Counted from the stretch's first letter, positions 1-10,356 are shown. The stretch is DNA of 64,000 nucleotides from Candidatus Babeliales bacterium (GCA_050179755.1 JBFXEV010000001.1:553994-617993); one strand, 5' to 3'. Numbers and translations: made by a program. The notes: generated by a model from the sequence alone, not told the origin.

Positions 1-629
1 ACAACTTCTTGAGTTGCAATGTCAATGATAACACCGTGGTTATTCCCTCTTTTTCCTGCAAGATAACGGCCATCTGTTGAGCACTGGGCACCACTGATGT
101 TGCTTGCAATTTCTCTGGAGAGCTTGTCGTTTTGCAAAAATATATTTTTAAGGTGAGATGCTACGCGTGTTGCTGCAAGCATAACTTGTGCATAGTGTCT
201 GTCTTGCGCAAGGCCCCATTCTGCACGAAATAACGATGGCTCTTCAACAAGTGTTGCATGCCAATCACTGAGTGCTTGGGGGTTACATAATGATTCTTGT
301 AACAGAAACCCACGTGGATCCTCCTTGCGCTTTGAATTAAGTAATGCAGTAACTTTAAGTGCATGTTGGCGGCGTGTTCTGCCGCTTGCAAGATCAAGCG
401 CTTCAATGGTAGAGTCTGATGCTGCTCGCTGCTCCATGCATTTACGCGCTTGCTCAACGCCTTGCCTGGTAAAAAGAACATCTTTTTGAAGTTGCGTAAT
501 GGTGGGATGCTGGTGAGCATTATGTTGCGCAGTGCGAGGATTGGCCCACGAGAGCGTGAGGTGCTTTTTAACATCCATGCAAAAAAGAACGTTCGTAAAG
601 AAAATGAATATGAAGTATAAGATGAGCAC
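1..629 (-). CDS. Secreted hypothetical protein, possibly WD40/beta-propeller; truncated by the window edge
   Basis: Translated by hand (not in ORF track): GTG at 629, MLILYFIFIFFTNVLFC-MDVKKH..., open to position 1, ending ...STDGRYLAGKRGNNHGVIIDIATQEV, which resembles a WD40 blade. Confidence 0.65.
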   Translation of the reverse strand, partial: MLILYFIFIFFTNVLFCMDVKKHLTLSWANPRTAQHNAHQHPTITQLQKDVLFTRQGVEQARKCMEQRAASDSTIEALDLASGRTRRQHALKVTALLNSKRKEDPRGFLLQESLCNPQALSDWHATLVEEPSLFRAEWGLAQDRHYAQVMLAATRVASHLKNIFLQNDKLSREIASNISGAQCSTDGRYLAGKRGNNHGVIIDIATQEV

Positions 630-748
630 GTAAGGGCCTTTTTTATGAACGCATCATGAACTAATGTTAGTTTAGCAAAGAATGCGATAAGGAGCGAGTG
701 ATCCTTATGGTACATGAATAGTAATGTGTTCTCCGAGTAAAATGTTAT

Positions 749-1576
749 TTATTGATGCTCTTTGATAAAAGTGAGTATATCATTATTGATTGTTTCTGCA
801 TGTGTGGTGAGCATGCCGTGCGGATATCCTTTATATATTTTAAGCGTAGCCTCCTTTAATATTTTTGCCGAAAGTAAGCCTGCGGCCTTTATGGGAACAA
901 TTTGATCATCATCGCCATGCAGTACCAGTGTTGGCACGTTAATTTTTTTAAGATCTTCCGTAAAATCGGTTTCAGAAAATGCTTTAATGCAATCGTAGTG
1001 TGCTTTTGCACCGCCAAGCATTCCTTGCAGCCACCAGTGGTCACGAATACCTTCTGATATTTTTGCACCAGGTCGATTATAGCCATAAAAAGGAAGAGTA
1101 AGATCTTTATAAAATTGAGCGCGGTTTTTTGCAAGTTCTGCGCGTAATTCATCAAACACAGAGAGTGGCGATCCTAGGGGATTTTTTTCTGTTTTGAGCA
1201 TGAGAGGCGGCACGGCGCTTATAAGCACTTCAAGCGCTACGCGATTTTTGCCATGCTGTGCAACATAACGAGCAACTTCACCACCGCCGGGTGAATGGCC
1301 AATGTGAATCGTATTTTTGAGATTAAGTTTTTCAGTGAGTTGCGCCAAGTCATATGCATACGTGTCCATATCGTTGCCTTGCCATGTTTGCGTTGATCTG
1401 CCGTGGCCACGTCTATCATGTGCAATAACGCGATAACCTCTTTCTAAAAAGAATAGCATTTGTGCATCCCAATCGTCAGCGCTTAGGGGCCATCCGTGGC
1501 TAAACACTATGGGTTGGCCTGATCCCCAATCTTTGTAATATATCGTGGTGCCGTCTTGCGTTGCTATTGTTGGCAT
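749..1576 (-). CDS. cpo: Non-heme chloroperoxidase/arylesterase (alpha/beta hydrolase)
   Basis: [21 protein letters not shown], GHSxGG nucleophile elbow, [12 protein letters not shown] motifs. Confidence 0.9.
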   Translation of the reverse strand: MPTIATQDGTTIYYKDWGSGQPIVFSHGWPLSADDWDAQMLFFLERGYRVIAHDRRGHGRSTQTWQGNDMDTYAYDLAQLTEKLNLKNTIHIGHSPGGGEVARYVAQHGKNRVALEVLISAVPPLMLKTEKNPLGSPLSVFDELRAELAKNRAQFYKDLTLPFYGYNRPGAKISEGIRDHWWLQGMLGGAKAHYDCIKAFSETDFTEDLKKINVPTLVLHGDDDQIVPIKAAGLLSAKILKEATLKIYKGYPHGMLTTHAETINNDILTFIKEHQ

Positions 1577-1651
1577 AACTCGTTCCTTTTTGTATATGTT
1601 TTTTATTTTAGTATAGCAAAGAATAGTCGCTGCAGCGAAAGCACATTCTAA

Positions 1652-4225
1652 TTATATAGTTTTGTGCCGGACTAAGTATTTTCTTATTTCTTCAATTAAA
1701 AAAACAGGGCTTGCAAGCATTAGCACGAGCAGCCATTGTTCAATAGTTAAAGAGACGGTGTTGAATACTTTTTGGAGTATAGGAATATAGAGAATGGCAA
1801 GTTGCAAGATAAGCACAAGTACGGTTGCTGCAATAAGCCAAAGATTAGAGAATGGAGACATTTCAAGCAATGAGTGATGTTCTGATCTGCAATTCCATGC
1901 ATTAAACCATTGGCATGTTGCAAGCGTGGTCATTGCGAGTGTCCGAGCAAGCGTTAAATTAATGGGTGCGTAATAAGCAAATATGCCAATAGAGACGATA
2001 CCCATAGGAATAGACATTAAAGCAATTTTGAACCATGATGTAGCATCAAGCAAAGAATCTGAAACCGTATGGCGCGATTGTAAGATATCATGCTCTTGAG
2101 GTTCTTGAGAAAGTGCTGCATCAAGAAATCCATCAGTGACTAAGTTAATCCAAAGAATTTGTGCTGCAAGAATAGGCAATGGTAAGTTGACTATGAAAGA
2201 AAATAGTATGAGCCAAACTTCTGCTAAATTGGTGGTAAAAAAGTATAAAATCACGCGACGTAGCGCCAAAAAAATGGTGCGCCCTTCCTTTATTGCTTCT
2301 ATAATGCTTGCAAAAGAATCATCAAGCAAAATAAGGTCGGCAGCTTCTTTGGCAACTTCAGTACCAATGCCACCCATGGCAATGCCCAAATCGGCTGCAA
2401 CAAGTGCTGGTGCATCATTTACGCCATCACCGGTCATGGCAACGCGATTGCCTTGTTGTTGAAATGCTTGTGCAATGTGCAATTTTTGTTCGGGTGTGAC
2501 GCGTGAAAACACGGTAGTGGTAGCAAGTACGTTTTCCAGATTTTCACCGTTTTTTAATTCAGATCCATCAACAGCCGTATCGCCTTCTTGGAATATGCCA
2601 ACTGAGCGTGCTACATAGAGTGCAGTATCTTGGTGATCACCGGTTGCCATAACAATACGGAGCCCTGCTGCACGTGCGTTTTCAATCATATCTTTAACGT
2701 CAGAACGAATGGTGTCTTGAATCCCAAATAAACCTAAAATAGTAAGATCATGAAGTAGGCTCGGAAGATCTTTGGGTTGTACGGTTGTTTCATTAAATTC
2801 GGTAGTATCAATTTTCCGTTGCGCTGCGGCAACGGTGCGTAATCCTTTTTCAAGCATAATATCAAGAGCAGATTGTGCATTCTTAGTGTTGTTGTTTGCT
2901 AAGGCAAAAATAACTTCGGGTGCGCCAGTTACAAATAAATAATACGTATCATTATGTTTGTACAGCCCTGCTTGATAACGCAGTTCAGTGCTAAAAGGCA
3001 TATGCACTATGGTTTGATATTCATTTTGTGCAGTTACTAAGCCTGTTTTTTTGGCAAGTACGTCAATCGCAGCTTCGGTGGGATCTCCTTTTATGTGGAA
3101 CGTATCCGTTTCGGGTTGGTATTCAATTTCTGCTTGATTTAAAAGACCGCCGGCTATGATCAATCGCTCGAGTGTTGGATCTGATTCTGCTAGAGTTATT
3201 TTTTTATTATCGAATAATAGATTACCCTCTGTTTTATATCCTTGGCCGGTTACGTTATAAAATTTATCATGTGCGTAAAGTGATGTTACTATCATTTCAT
3301 TACGCGTAAGTGTTCCGGTTTTATCTATCATCAATATGTTAGTGCGACCTAAACCCTCAATTGCCTGCATACGCTTAGTTATTACATTTTTCTTGGCCAT
3401 GCGGTAAGCGCCGCTTACAAGTGTGAGAGTAAAGACGACGGGCAACCCTTCAGGGATCACGCAAATAAAGAGCGCAGTAATAATAACAAGAAGTTCACGT
3501 AACGGCTTACCCATAAGCAGGCCAACTATAAAAAGGCATACGCACATTATAAAAATGGCAATGAGAATGCGCTGTGCAAGTTGATCAATAGATTGTTTTA
3601 GTGGCGTATCGGTTTGTATTGTTTCTACAATAATATTTAGTTTGCCAAGTTTAGTATTTGGGCCTGTAGCAATGATTATTGCTTTGCCATGCCCTGTTAA
3701 TATGTAGGTGCCACTTGATAGATTATCATTTTCTTCTTTTGCTACCGGTGTAGATTCACCTGTTATAACCGCTTCATCAATAAGTATATTGTCTGCCTCA
3801 ATGAGTGTTGCGTCGGCAGGAACTTTTTCGCCCGCGTGAATAATTATAATATCGCCAGGCACCAATTCTTCTGATGGCACAATATCGGTAACGCTATCGC
3901 GCACTGTTGCAGTTTCTTGCGTAAAATATGTTTGCAAGCTTAAAAGTATTGATCGTGTGCGCCCTTCTTGAATAGTTCCGAGTAGTGCGTTAAAAAGGAG
4001 CACGCCGGTGATAATAAAAGCATCCATGCGGTGCCCCAATGCAAAAATAAGGGCTGCTGCAAGCACCAAAATGTATATGAGTGGATTTATAAATTGCCGT
4101 AAAAACACAAAAATAATAGATTCAGGAGCTTTGCGTGGTAATGCATTTGGCCCAAATTGTTTTTGTAGTTTTTGAACTTGCTCTTTTGTTAAACCAGTTT
4201 TTGGGTTGGTTTGTATGTTATTCAT
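1652..4225 (-). CDS. Cation-transporting P-type ATPase (type IIA, Ca2+/Na+-like)
   Basis: TGES, PEGL, DKTGTLT, KGDPTE, TGDGVNDAPAL motifs; ATG at 4225 overlaps the upstream stop. Confidence 0.93.
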   Translation of the reverse strand: MNNIQTNPKTGLTKEQVQKLQKQFGPNALPRKAPESIIFVFLRQFINPLIYILVLAAALIFALGHRMDAFIITGVLLFNALLGTIQEGRTRSILLSLQTYFTQETATVRDSVTDIVPSEELVPGDIIIIHAGEKVPADATLIEADNILIDEAVITGESTPVAKEENDNLSSGTYILTGHGKAIIIATGPNTKLGKLNIIVETIQTDTPLKQSIDQLAQRILIAIFIMCVCLFIVGLLMGKPLRELLVIITALFICVIPEGLPVVFTLTLVSGAYRMAKKNVITKRMQAIEGLGRTNILMIDKTGTLTRNEMIVTSLYAHDKFYNVTGQGYKTEGNLLFDNKKITLAESDPTLERLIIAGGLLNQAEIEYQPETDTFHIKGDPTEAAIDVLAKKTGLVTAQNEYQTIVHMPFSTELRYQAGLYKHNDTYYLFVTGAPEVIFALANNNTKNAQSALDIMLEKGLRTVAAAQRKIDTTEFNETTVQPKDLPSLLHDLTILGLFGIQDTIRSDVKDMIENARAAGLRIVMATGDHQDTALYVARSVGIFQEGDTAVDGSELKNGENLENVLATTTVFSRVTPEQKLHIAQAFQQQGNRVAMTGDGVNDAPALVAADLGIAMGGIGTEVAKEAADLILLDDSFASIIEAIKEGRTIFLALRRVILYFFTTNLAEVWLILFSFIVNLPLPILAAQILWINLVTDGFLDAALSQEPQEHDILQSRHTVSDSLLDATSWFKIALMSIPMGIVSIGIFAYYAPINLTLARTLAMTTLATCQWFNAWNCRSEHHSLLEMSPFSNLWLIAATVLVLILQLAILYIPILQKVFNTVSLTIEQWLLVLMLASPVFLIEEIRKYLVRHKTI

Positions 4226-4754
4226 TATCGTGCGTTGTACCCTCACCTATATGTTCAAGTTCGTCATTAAGCTCTTCAATATCGCTGCCAATAGCTTCAA
4301 GCAATTGGTCTCGTTCATCAAGCGCATCTTCTTCATCAGAAACCATGTTTTTTTCTTTATCGGTAAAATCTGGATTGTTAGAAATAAAAGTGGTTAAGCC
4401 TGGAACTTTGTGTTTACGTTGTGATTTTGAGTATCCTAAGCTAGTAAGAAGAGTTGTTTGCTCAGGAGTGATTAATTCTTTTTTTATACATAAAAATGGG
4501 GTAAATGCAGAAACTTTCTCTAAAAATCCTTTCCAGAGTGATTCGGGCCGCGCATCGCGTTCTCTTATTGCCGTATCACGCTCAGTCGTGAGTGTTTGTA
4601 TGCGGGTGTGCTGGTAATAATTGCCACAGGCAGATACGGCAAGTGCCGTGCTAACCAATGCTAACGAGCCACAAACCAAAGTCCATTCATCCATTGTTTT
4701 TGTTGTTGGTTGTGCAAGCATTATTGTTGCGCAAAGCAAGGAAAGTTTTTTCAT
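4218..4754 (-). CDS. Secreted/membrane coiled-coil hypothetical protein (paralog of 4826..5491)
   Basis: GGAG RBS, signal peptide, second hydrophobic segment, acidic coiled-coil C-terminus. Confidence 0.75.
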   Translation of the reverse strand: MKKLSLLCATIMLAQPTTKTMDEWTLVCGSLALVSTALAVSACGNYYQHTRIQTLTTERDTAIRERDARPESLWKGFLEKVSAFTPFLCIKKELITPEQTTLLTSLGYSKSQRKHKVPGLTTFISNNPDFTDKEKNMVSDEEDALDERDQLLEAIGSDIEELNDELEHIGEGTTHDNE

Positions 4755-4825
4755 GATAACTCCTCCATTTCAATTATACTTCTTACTTTGAGTATAGGTA
4801 ATTACACTCTTTTTGTGCAACAATA

Positions 4826-5491
4826 TTATTGTTTTTCTTCTAATGCTAGTGAAATTTCATCTGAAATGCTGTTTATTTCTAGCGAAAGAGCATCTCTTTC
4901 TTTTGTGCGTTGCAAAGCATCTGAAAGTATGGTTTTTCTGCGTTCAGGCATTACTTGTGATGTATAGACCTTGCATCCGTCTATGGAATCTAAAGTTGGA
5001 TTAAAGCCCATATTGGTAAATACGTTGCGGTGTTGAAGAGTTATAACAGTTTCATCTACACAAAAGAATGGCACATATGTTTGTAGTCCCGTTAAGAATT
5101 GGAAAAATTTATCGCCTCTTGCCTTTTGCGCGGTGACTGCTCGTTGAGCTACGGTAAGTTCGCTTTCGAGCGAACGAATTTTTTCGTCTTTTTCTTGTAA
5201 TTTTTGCGTTTTTAACGTGTCTAAAGCAACTTGGCGTAAACTTTTGCTAAGTAATGTTTTGATTGCTTTCTTTTTTTCAGCAACAGTTGTCTCTAATGCT
5301 ATTTTTTCCTGCTTGAGCTTTTCTACATTTCTTTTTTGTAATTGGGTTTCAAGAATGGAAAAAACCAATACGGTGCCACCAATAAGCAGTGCTGGAAAGG
5401 CAAGTGCACGTATATCATCATTTTGGGCTTGTAGTTTGAAAGGATGCGCTATTAACAATACTATAAGGGAAAGTATGATCAATTTTTTCAT
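4826..5491 (-). CDS. Secreted/membrane coiled-coil hypothetical protein
   Basis: GAGG RBS before MKKLIILSL; signal peptide, TM helix, coiled coil. Confidence 0.75.
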   Translation of the reverse strand: MKKLIILSLIVLLIAHPFKLQAQNDDIRALAFPALLIGGTVLVFSILETQLQKRNVEKLKQEKIALETTVAEKKKAIKTLLSKSLRQVALDTLKTQKLQEKDEKIRSLESELTVAQRAVTAQKARGDKFFQFLTGLQTYVPFFCVDETVITLQHRNVFTNMGFNPTLDSIDGCKVYTSQVMPERRKTILSDALQRTKERDALSLEINSISDEISLALEEKQ

Positions 5492-5708
5492 GGTACCCTC
5501 TTTTGATACATAATTGATTAGAAATCTGCTTTGAGTATACGGTAGGTTTTTTTTAATTTGCAAGAGATGCATCATCTTTGCATGGTCAGATGGCAATATC
5601 TGAGCTTAGAATGCCAATAAGACATACGGCTATTGTGGCCGATGTTTTGGCTGTTGTATACTTAGTATACTAAGGGAAAGTAGTATCACATATCATAAAG
5701 AGGTTTAT

Positions 5709-6143
5709 ATGAAGCACATAACCTATTTTTTTCTGTATTTCATGTGTGGCGTAAGCGCCATGCGTGCAGAAATTAGCGCACATCCTATTGAACGCGGCCC
5801 ATTTGAAGTAGAATTTATTAATAAAACAGAAGATAAAATAAATATTTTTGTACGTACTGCAAGTTTTGATCAAGAAGCTGCACGTGAGTATGTACATTTT
5901 AAGGATGGCAAATGGGTGTATAGTGCTCAACCAGGGCCGCTTGAAACGCTCATTGCTCCGGGGTTTTCTTCACACACGGTGCCTGCAGGAGCAAGCTTTA
6001 AAAATAAGTTTGCGCATATGCCTACACTCATTACGGTGAAAAGTGCCGGAGAAGAAGCTGCCAAATCGGTGCCAGGAACTTTTGCGCTCAAAGCGGTGAT
6101 CATCACGGAAGACCCTACCGGTTTAGTGCTCAATTTTAAGTAG
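5709..6143 (+). CDS. Secreted hypothetical protein
   Basis: AGAGG RBS, signal peptide, beta-rich sequence. Confidence 0.7.
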   Translation: MKHITYFFLYFMCGVSAMRAEISAHPIERGPFEVEFINKTEDKINIFVRTASFDQEAAREYVHFKDGKWVYSAQPGPLETLIAPGFSSHTVPAGASFKNKFAHMPTLITVKSAGEEAAKSVPGTFALKAVIITEDPTGLVLNFK

Positions 6144-7428
6144 AAACTACTACTGGTGTAATTTCCCAATCTTTAAACCTTGGTGCTGTTTTTAAATGCG
6201 TATAAGCATCATAAGGGAACTGTTTACCAGCAACAGGCGCTGAAAGTACCGTGTAGGCAGTGTTATCCCAAAGGCGCACAAGCCCTTTATTAATAACAAG
6301 CTGCTGGAGCATGTGGCCATAATGCTGATGCCCGCGAATTATTGCATGGAGCGTGTGATAGGCGCCACTCTGCGCTTTAAACCAATAATGCGTTAGTTCT
6401 TTGCCGTGCACCCAACCTCTACCTTTATTATAAGCGACAATCGGTGAGGCATAATTTGCTATATCTTCAATAAGATCGGCCCACATCAATCCAATTGTTT
6501 TGGGGCTCGTGGGGGCTCGTGGCACAAAGTTATCGATTTCATGCTCAGGTATATATCTGAGTACTTCATTTTTTAATGCAATAGGCAGCTGGCGCACATG
6601 ATCTGCGCGGTTAAGTGACGTGATTGCATTGTATTGTACTGCATCTGATGACGCCATAAGTGCGCTTGCATTAAAACCAAGCTCAGGCCCGCCATGGCAG
6701 CATTGAATGTAGTCTATGTGGCCATTTGTTTTTACACCAAGAAAAAGCGCCATGGGCATACTATCATACCATTGCACGATAGTTGAAAAATCTGCGTCTT
6801 TGTAATTTGCTCTATCAAAAAGTTCGTCTGCAAAGCCATACTGTTCATTTAAGCGCATGTCTTCATGATTGCCACGAATTAAGAAAACGTTGCGTGGATT
6901 TGCCATGCGAAGGCGCATTAACGTATAAATAACTTCTATGCCGTATTCGCCACGATCAACATAATCGCCCAAGAATATTAAATAAGCATGGGGGTTTTGA
7001 ATATAAAAATTATCATCAAGAACGTTCTGTTTTTTTAAATAATCGAGCGTGCGCAATAATGAATGAAAATTGCCATGCAAATCACCAAAAAAGTAGACGT
7101 TGCTCTCTTGCGGTATTATCACTCTTTGCACAAAGGGCGTAAAGCCAGGAGCTCCCGCTGTTAAAAATGGGCTGCTGCCAGTACTCCACAAAGAAGGCGT
7201 GCGCAGGTGTAGCGTGTTTACCGTGGTGCATTGAGCGGTCGTTTTAATGAGCGCATCACGGGAAAGAAAGCTCTTGGGGGGTGTCTGGGTGTGCTCGGGA
7301 TAAGCAAGTGCCTGCTCATGCAATTTACTTAAGGTGATATCAAAATGAACCGGATCGTTTGCATAGCTGAAAAAGTATGAAATGCAGAGAAAACCTAAAA
7401 AGATTGGCTTTTGAAGAACTTTATTCAT
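6136..7428 (-). CDS. PPP-family Ser/Thr protein phosphatase (metallophosphoesterase) with signal peptide
   Basis: GDLHG, GDYVDRG, RGNHE, HGG, LMWAD, RGHQ motifs; AGGAGG RBS before MNKVLQ. Confidence 0.88.
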   Translation of the reverse strand: MNKVLQKPIFLGFLCISYFFSYANDPVHFDITLSKLHEQALAYPEHTQTPPKSFLSRDALIKTTAQCTTVNTLHLRTPSLWSTGSSPFLTAGAPGFTPFVQRVIIPQESNVYFFGDLHGNFHSLLRTLDYLKKQNVLDDNFYIQNPHAYLIFLGDYVDRGEYGIEVIYTLMRLRMANPRNVFLIRGNHEDMRLNEQYGFADELFDRANYKDADFSTIVQWYDSMPMALFLGVKTNGHIDYIQCCHGGPELGFNASALMASSDAVQYNAITSLNRADHVRQLPIALKNEVLRYIPEHEIDNFVPRAPTSPKTIGLMWADLIEDIANYASPIVAYNKGRGWVHGKELTHYWFKAQSGAYHTLHAIIRGHQHYGHMLQQLVINKGLVRLWDNTAYTVLSAPVAGKQFPYDAYTHLKTAPRFKDWEITPVVVST

Positions 7429-7575
7429 GGGACCTCCTGAAGTTAAAGCTATCTCTAGGTAGTATATCATATTTGGGAGTTTCAAGCAAAAATTAGAATG
7501 ATATACTGAGTATTCAGGTAAGAGGCGGTAAAAGAACAATATGGAAGCAAAAAAAATATAAAAGAAAGGGTTCAT

Positions 7576-8256
7576 ATGCAATATTGTAAGTATTTAGTAT
7601 TGGGTATGTTGGGTGGTTCACTGTTTAATGTTATGCAGCCAATGGATCAGGCGCAACAACCAACTACACGAAATGATATTTTTAGAATTATTCGGGAAGC
7701 TGAATCTTTAGCGCAATCCAAACCTGGGAGCGCTTTAAGCTGGTTTCAACAAGCCTATTATGGTGCAGAATCGCGCTCATGGGATTATGGTCTTAAAGAC
7801 GGTAAGCTTGCATTGGTATTGCTTAAAGGGGCTGATTCTGAGCAAAAAGATGTTTGTGACATTCAATTGTTAAAATTATTGTTAGATAAGGTAGATTTAA
7901 TTCGCAGGGATACTGACGGCCCAATAGAAGAACATGCAACGTTGCTTTGTGCAAAGGTAGCGCATCGGCTTATGCTTGCCTATTGCGGCAGTTTGGCGCT
8001 TTCGCAAGACCTTGATATGGTATGGAAAGCAGAATCGCTTGCAAAGGCTACAAGAGAATTGTCGGATGCGGAAAAATTGGAAAAGGCACATGAGAAGGCG
8101 TTCGCAGGTGATGAACGTACGCGTGAAATGGGTGAGAGTCAAGTGCGTGAGCTTGAAGAACTAAAACAAGCAGAAATAAAATTTATGTTAGAACAGAGAG
8201 AAATTAGATTGAATCGGTTAAAAGAAAAAGAGGCTGCGCAGGAAGCGGATGAATAA
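7576..8256 (+). CDS. Secreted helical hypothetical protein
   Basis: 226 aa ORF, signal peptide, E/K-rich C-terminus. Confidence 0.7.
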   Translation: MQYCKYLVLGMLGGSLFNVMQPMDQAQQPTTRNDIFRIIREAESLAQSKPGSALSWFQQAYYGAESRSWDYGLKDGKLALVLLKGADSEQKDVCDIQLLKLLLDKVDLIRRDTDGPIEEHATLLCAKVAHRLMLAYCGSLALSQDLDMVWKAESLAKATRELSDAEKLEKAHEKAFAGDERTREMGESQVRELEELKQAEIKFMLEQREIRLNRLKEKEAAQEADE

Positions 8257-8286
8257 AAGAAGACTGGCCGTGCCAGGAAGCTGTTT

Positions 8287-8529
8287 TTATAATAATCTTT
8301 TTTTGGCAAATTCACGACCGGATCCTGACTTGATGAATTTTTCAAAAGCTATTGCTTTCTCTTTATCTTCAAATGCTAGGTAGGTAATTATTTTCCAGGG
8401 ACGATATTTTGATGTATGGGAAGACCCGCCTTCATTGTGTTTAGCTAGTCTTAGCTTTAGATTAATTGTTTGACCAAAATAATATTGTTCTGGATATTTT
8501 ATTGATTGAATTAAATAAATGAAGTGCAT
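8287..8529 (-). CDS. Short GIY-YIG nuclease family protein
   Basis: FIYLIQS...YYFGQT.NL..RL..HN.G...HT.KYRPW...A..FEKFIKSGSGR. Confidence 0.88.
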   Translation of the reverse strand: MHFIYLIQSIKYPEQYYFGQTINLKLRLAKHNEGGSSHTSKYRPWKIITYLAFEDKEKAIAFEKFIKSGSGREFAKKRLL

Positions 8530-8585
8530 TTGAATATAATATTTATAGTTTTTTTCTTATCGTATTATCGGCCCGCCTATGTTTA

Positions 8586-8716
8586 TCCAGGCTCACTACG
8601 TTCGCTTGGCAAACGCCGGCGCGCAACCTGCGCTTTTAGCGTGAAGTTACAAAAATTACTTTTTAAGTGTATTCCCTTAAAGAGGCTGGTCTGCCAACCG
8701 GAGCTTTAGCGCAGGT
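8586..8716. repeat. REP-like GC-rich palindromes between tmRNA and the GIY-YIG gene
   Basis: Hairpin CCAGGC-tcactacgttc-GCTTGG (~8587-8609) and CCAACC-ggagctttagcgca-GGTTGG (~8694-8719, abutting the tmRNA CCA end). Confidence 0.55.
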
Positions 8717-9085
8717 TGGTGGAGGCGATGGGAATCGAACCCATGTCCGCATAACAGCAAACATAAAGCGCTACATGCTTAGTTTTCTTTAATACTTATA
8801 GAACACCCTGAAAACTTGGGTATTGTTATATAAGCCAGTTGTGTGATACAAATTTGCTATACAACTAAAAATCCTTGCAAAAAGGTTCTATCTGATTAAT
8901 ACGAATGTGGCCAACTGATAGACACGTTAGACACATAAGAACTTAAGCTACTGCTAGAGCAGAGCTGAAGTTAGTGAGATTAATATCTGCACTTATTGTT
9001 TTGATCACAGGTTTATCGAGTCTGTTGATCAAGGCTCGGCATGCTCTCTATGCGTCCTATAACACGTCGAAGCCAGGACGCCCCC
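8717..9085 (-). ncRNA. ssrA: tmRNA; tag peptide ADINLTNFSSALAVA* (8990..8943)
   Basis: 5' GGGGGCG pairs with 3' CGCCTCC-ACCA including the G3:U wobble; T-arm ATGGGTTCGATTCCCAT; GCA resume codon and hydrophobic Ala-ending tag; smpB nearby. Confidence 0.96.
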
Positions 9086-9121
9086 AATAATTTCAAAGAA
9101 TTTAATAGATTAGTATTACTA

Positions 9122-9149
9122 ATTGTAATGATATCTACAGGTTTGTCAA
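9122..9149 (-). promoter_or_regulatory. Sigma70-like promoter of ssrA
   Basis: TTGACA-16 nt-TACAAT about 36 nt upstream of the mature 5' end. Confidence 0.6.
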
Positions 9150-9303
9150 TTGGCTTAATATTGTTGGTTAGCTGTTTTTTAGGGTAGCATTGCATTATTG
9201 TTTAGTTCCTTTGACGCGGCCTATGTTTTTTTGTTACGATAGCAGTGCCTTTGTAAAAAAATAATAATGTAAAGATCTTAATCTATATGGGCTGAGTTAG
9301 ACA

Positions 9304-10323
9304 TTGAAGTTGCAAAATAATACGTCATTTAAACAAGCGTCTCTTGGTATACTTTTATTTTTTATGTGCACAATCATGCGCTCAATGGATCATGCATATA
9401 TTAGCGCTTGTGTAGCACAAGATAGCAACAGTGATCTTGCGTATGAGCAACTACTATCGGCTATTTATAATGATCGCATAGAAGTTGCAAGATCTGTGTT
9501 TGCACAAAGTGTTGCCATTGATTTTGAATCTCCACAGTATAGGGATTTGTGGCATAGTGTGCTGGAGTTAAAACACTGTGAATTTATAAGTTTGTTTTTA
9601 AAACACGGGGCATTACCTAATGTGTTATTTCCTGTAGAGAATAATGGATTGCCTTATGCGCCATTATCTGTAGCATTTTCATTTTGTGATGTTGCCAGTG
9701 CTCAATTGCTTATTGATCATGGTGCGGATTATAAATTTGCTGTTGCGCCAGGTAAAACTGTATTATGTGGTTGTATTAATTGGCTTATTACGGAAGCTGA
9801 TGCTGGCTTTGATGTTGCGGCATACTTGGAAATATTGAGGCTCATGTTGCATAGCGCACCTTTTAGGCAAGTGCATAAAGAAGTTTCTAATCTTTCGCGT
9901 CAAAGAATAAAAACAGCTTTGCTTACTTTTAATCGTTTTCGTGTGCCAACAGTAGTTGTTCCTAAGATTTTGGCTTATGTGCCTGAAGATATTTGTAGTC
10001 CGGGCCAGCTTAGATATGTTTTGTATGATGCTGGTATGAAAGATTTACTTGCTCAGTGCCCACTTGCTTGGTTTAAAATGGTTTATCAAAAGTTGCCTGA
10101 TAAGAAAAAAAGGAGGTTCATAAATAAAGTGGTGCCAGGGGTTGCGCAATATCGGTTAAATAGTATGCAAGCAGTATTATCTGCGCAAGCTTTTAAAGAA
10201 CTTGATATAAGCAGCTTAGATCCTAAGCTTATAGCTTTGCTTGATTCAGGCAATGTGGAACAGCATCGTGCTGCGATTATGCAGAACATTATGAAAGCAT
10301 TTGTTGACTTGTCTGGTGATTAG
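9304..10323 (+). CDS. Secreted ankyrin-repeat protein
   Basis: FLKHGALPN, APLSVA, LLIDHGADY ankyrin motifs; signal peptide. Confidence 0.75.
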   Translation: MKLQNNTSFKQASLGILLFFMCTIMRSMDHAYISACVAQDSNSDLAYEQLLSAIYNDRIEVARSVFAQSVAIDFESPQYRDLWHSVLELKHCEFISLFLKHGALPNVLFPVENNGLPYAPLSVAFSFCDVASAQLLIDHGADYKFAVAPGKTVLCGCINWLITEADAGFDVAAYLEILRLMLHSAPFRQVHKEVSNLSRQRIKTALLTFNRFRVPTVVVPKILAYVPEDICSPGQLRYVLYDAGMKDLLAQCPLAWFKMVYQKLPDKKKRRFINKVVPGVAQYRLNSMQAVLSAQAFKELDISSLDPKLIALLDSGNVEQHRAAIMQNIMKAFVDLSGD

Positions 10324-10356
10324 TTCGTGAATAAATAATAAAATTAGTGTTGTGAT

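Noticed and set aside
161..715. 184 aa ORF in the track
   Set aside because: Overlaps a more protein-like open frame (629 to <1) that has a signal peptide; likely a shadow ORF
1237..1300. cpo GHSPGG and ALEVL deviations from family consensus
   Set aside because: Catalytic Ser, Asp and His are retained; isolated substitutions are not enough to call loss of function
8717..8750. tmRNA 3' end as the attachment site of an integrated island
   Set aside because: No duplicated 3' fragment and no integrase seen in the window
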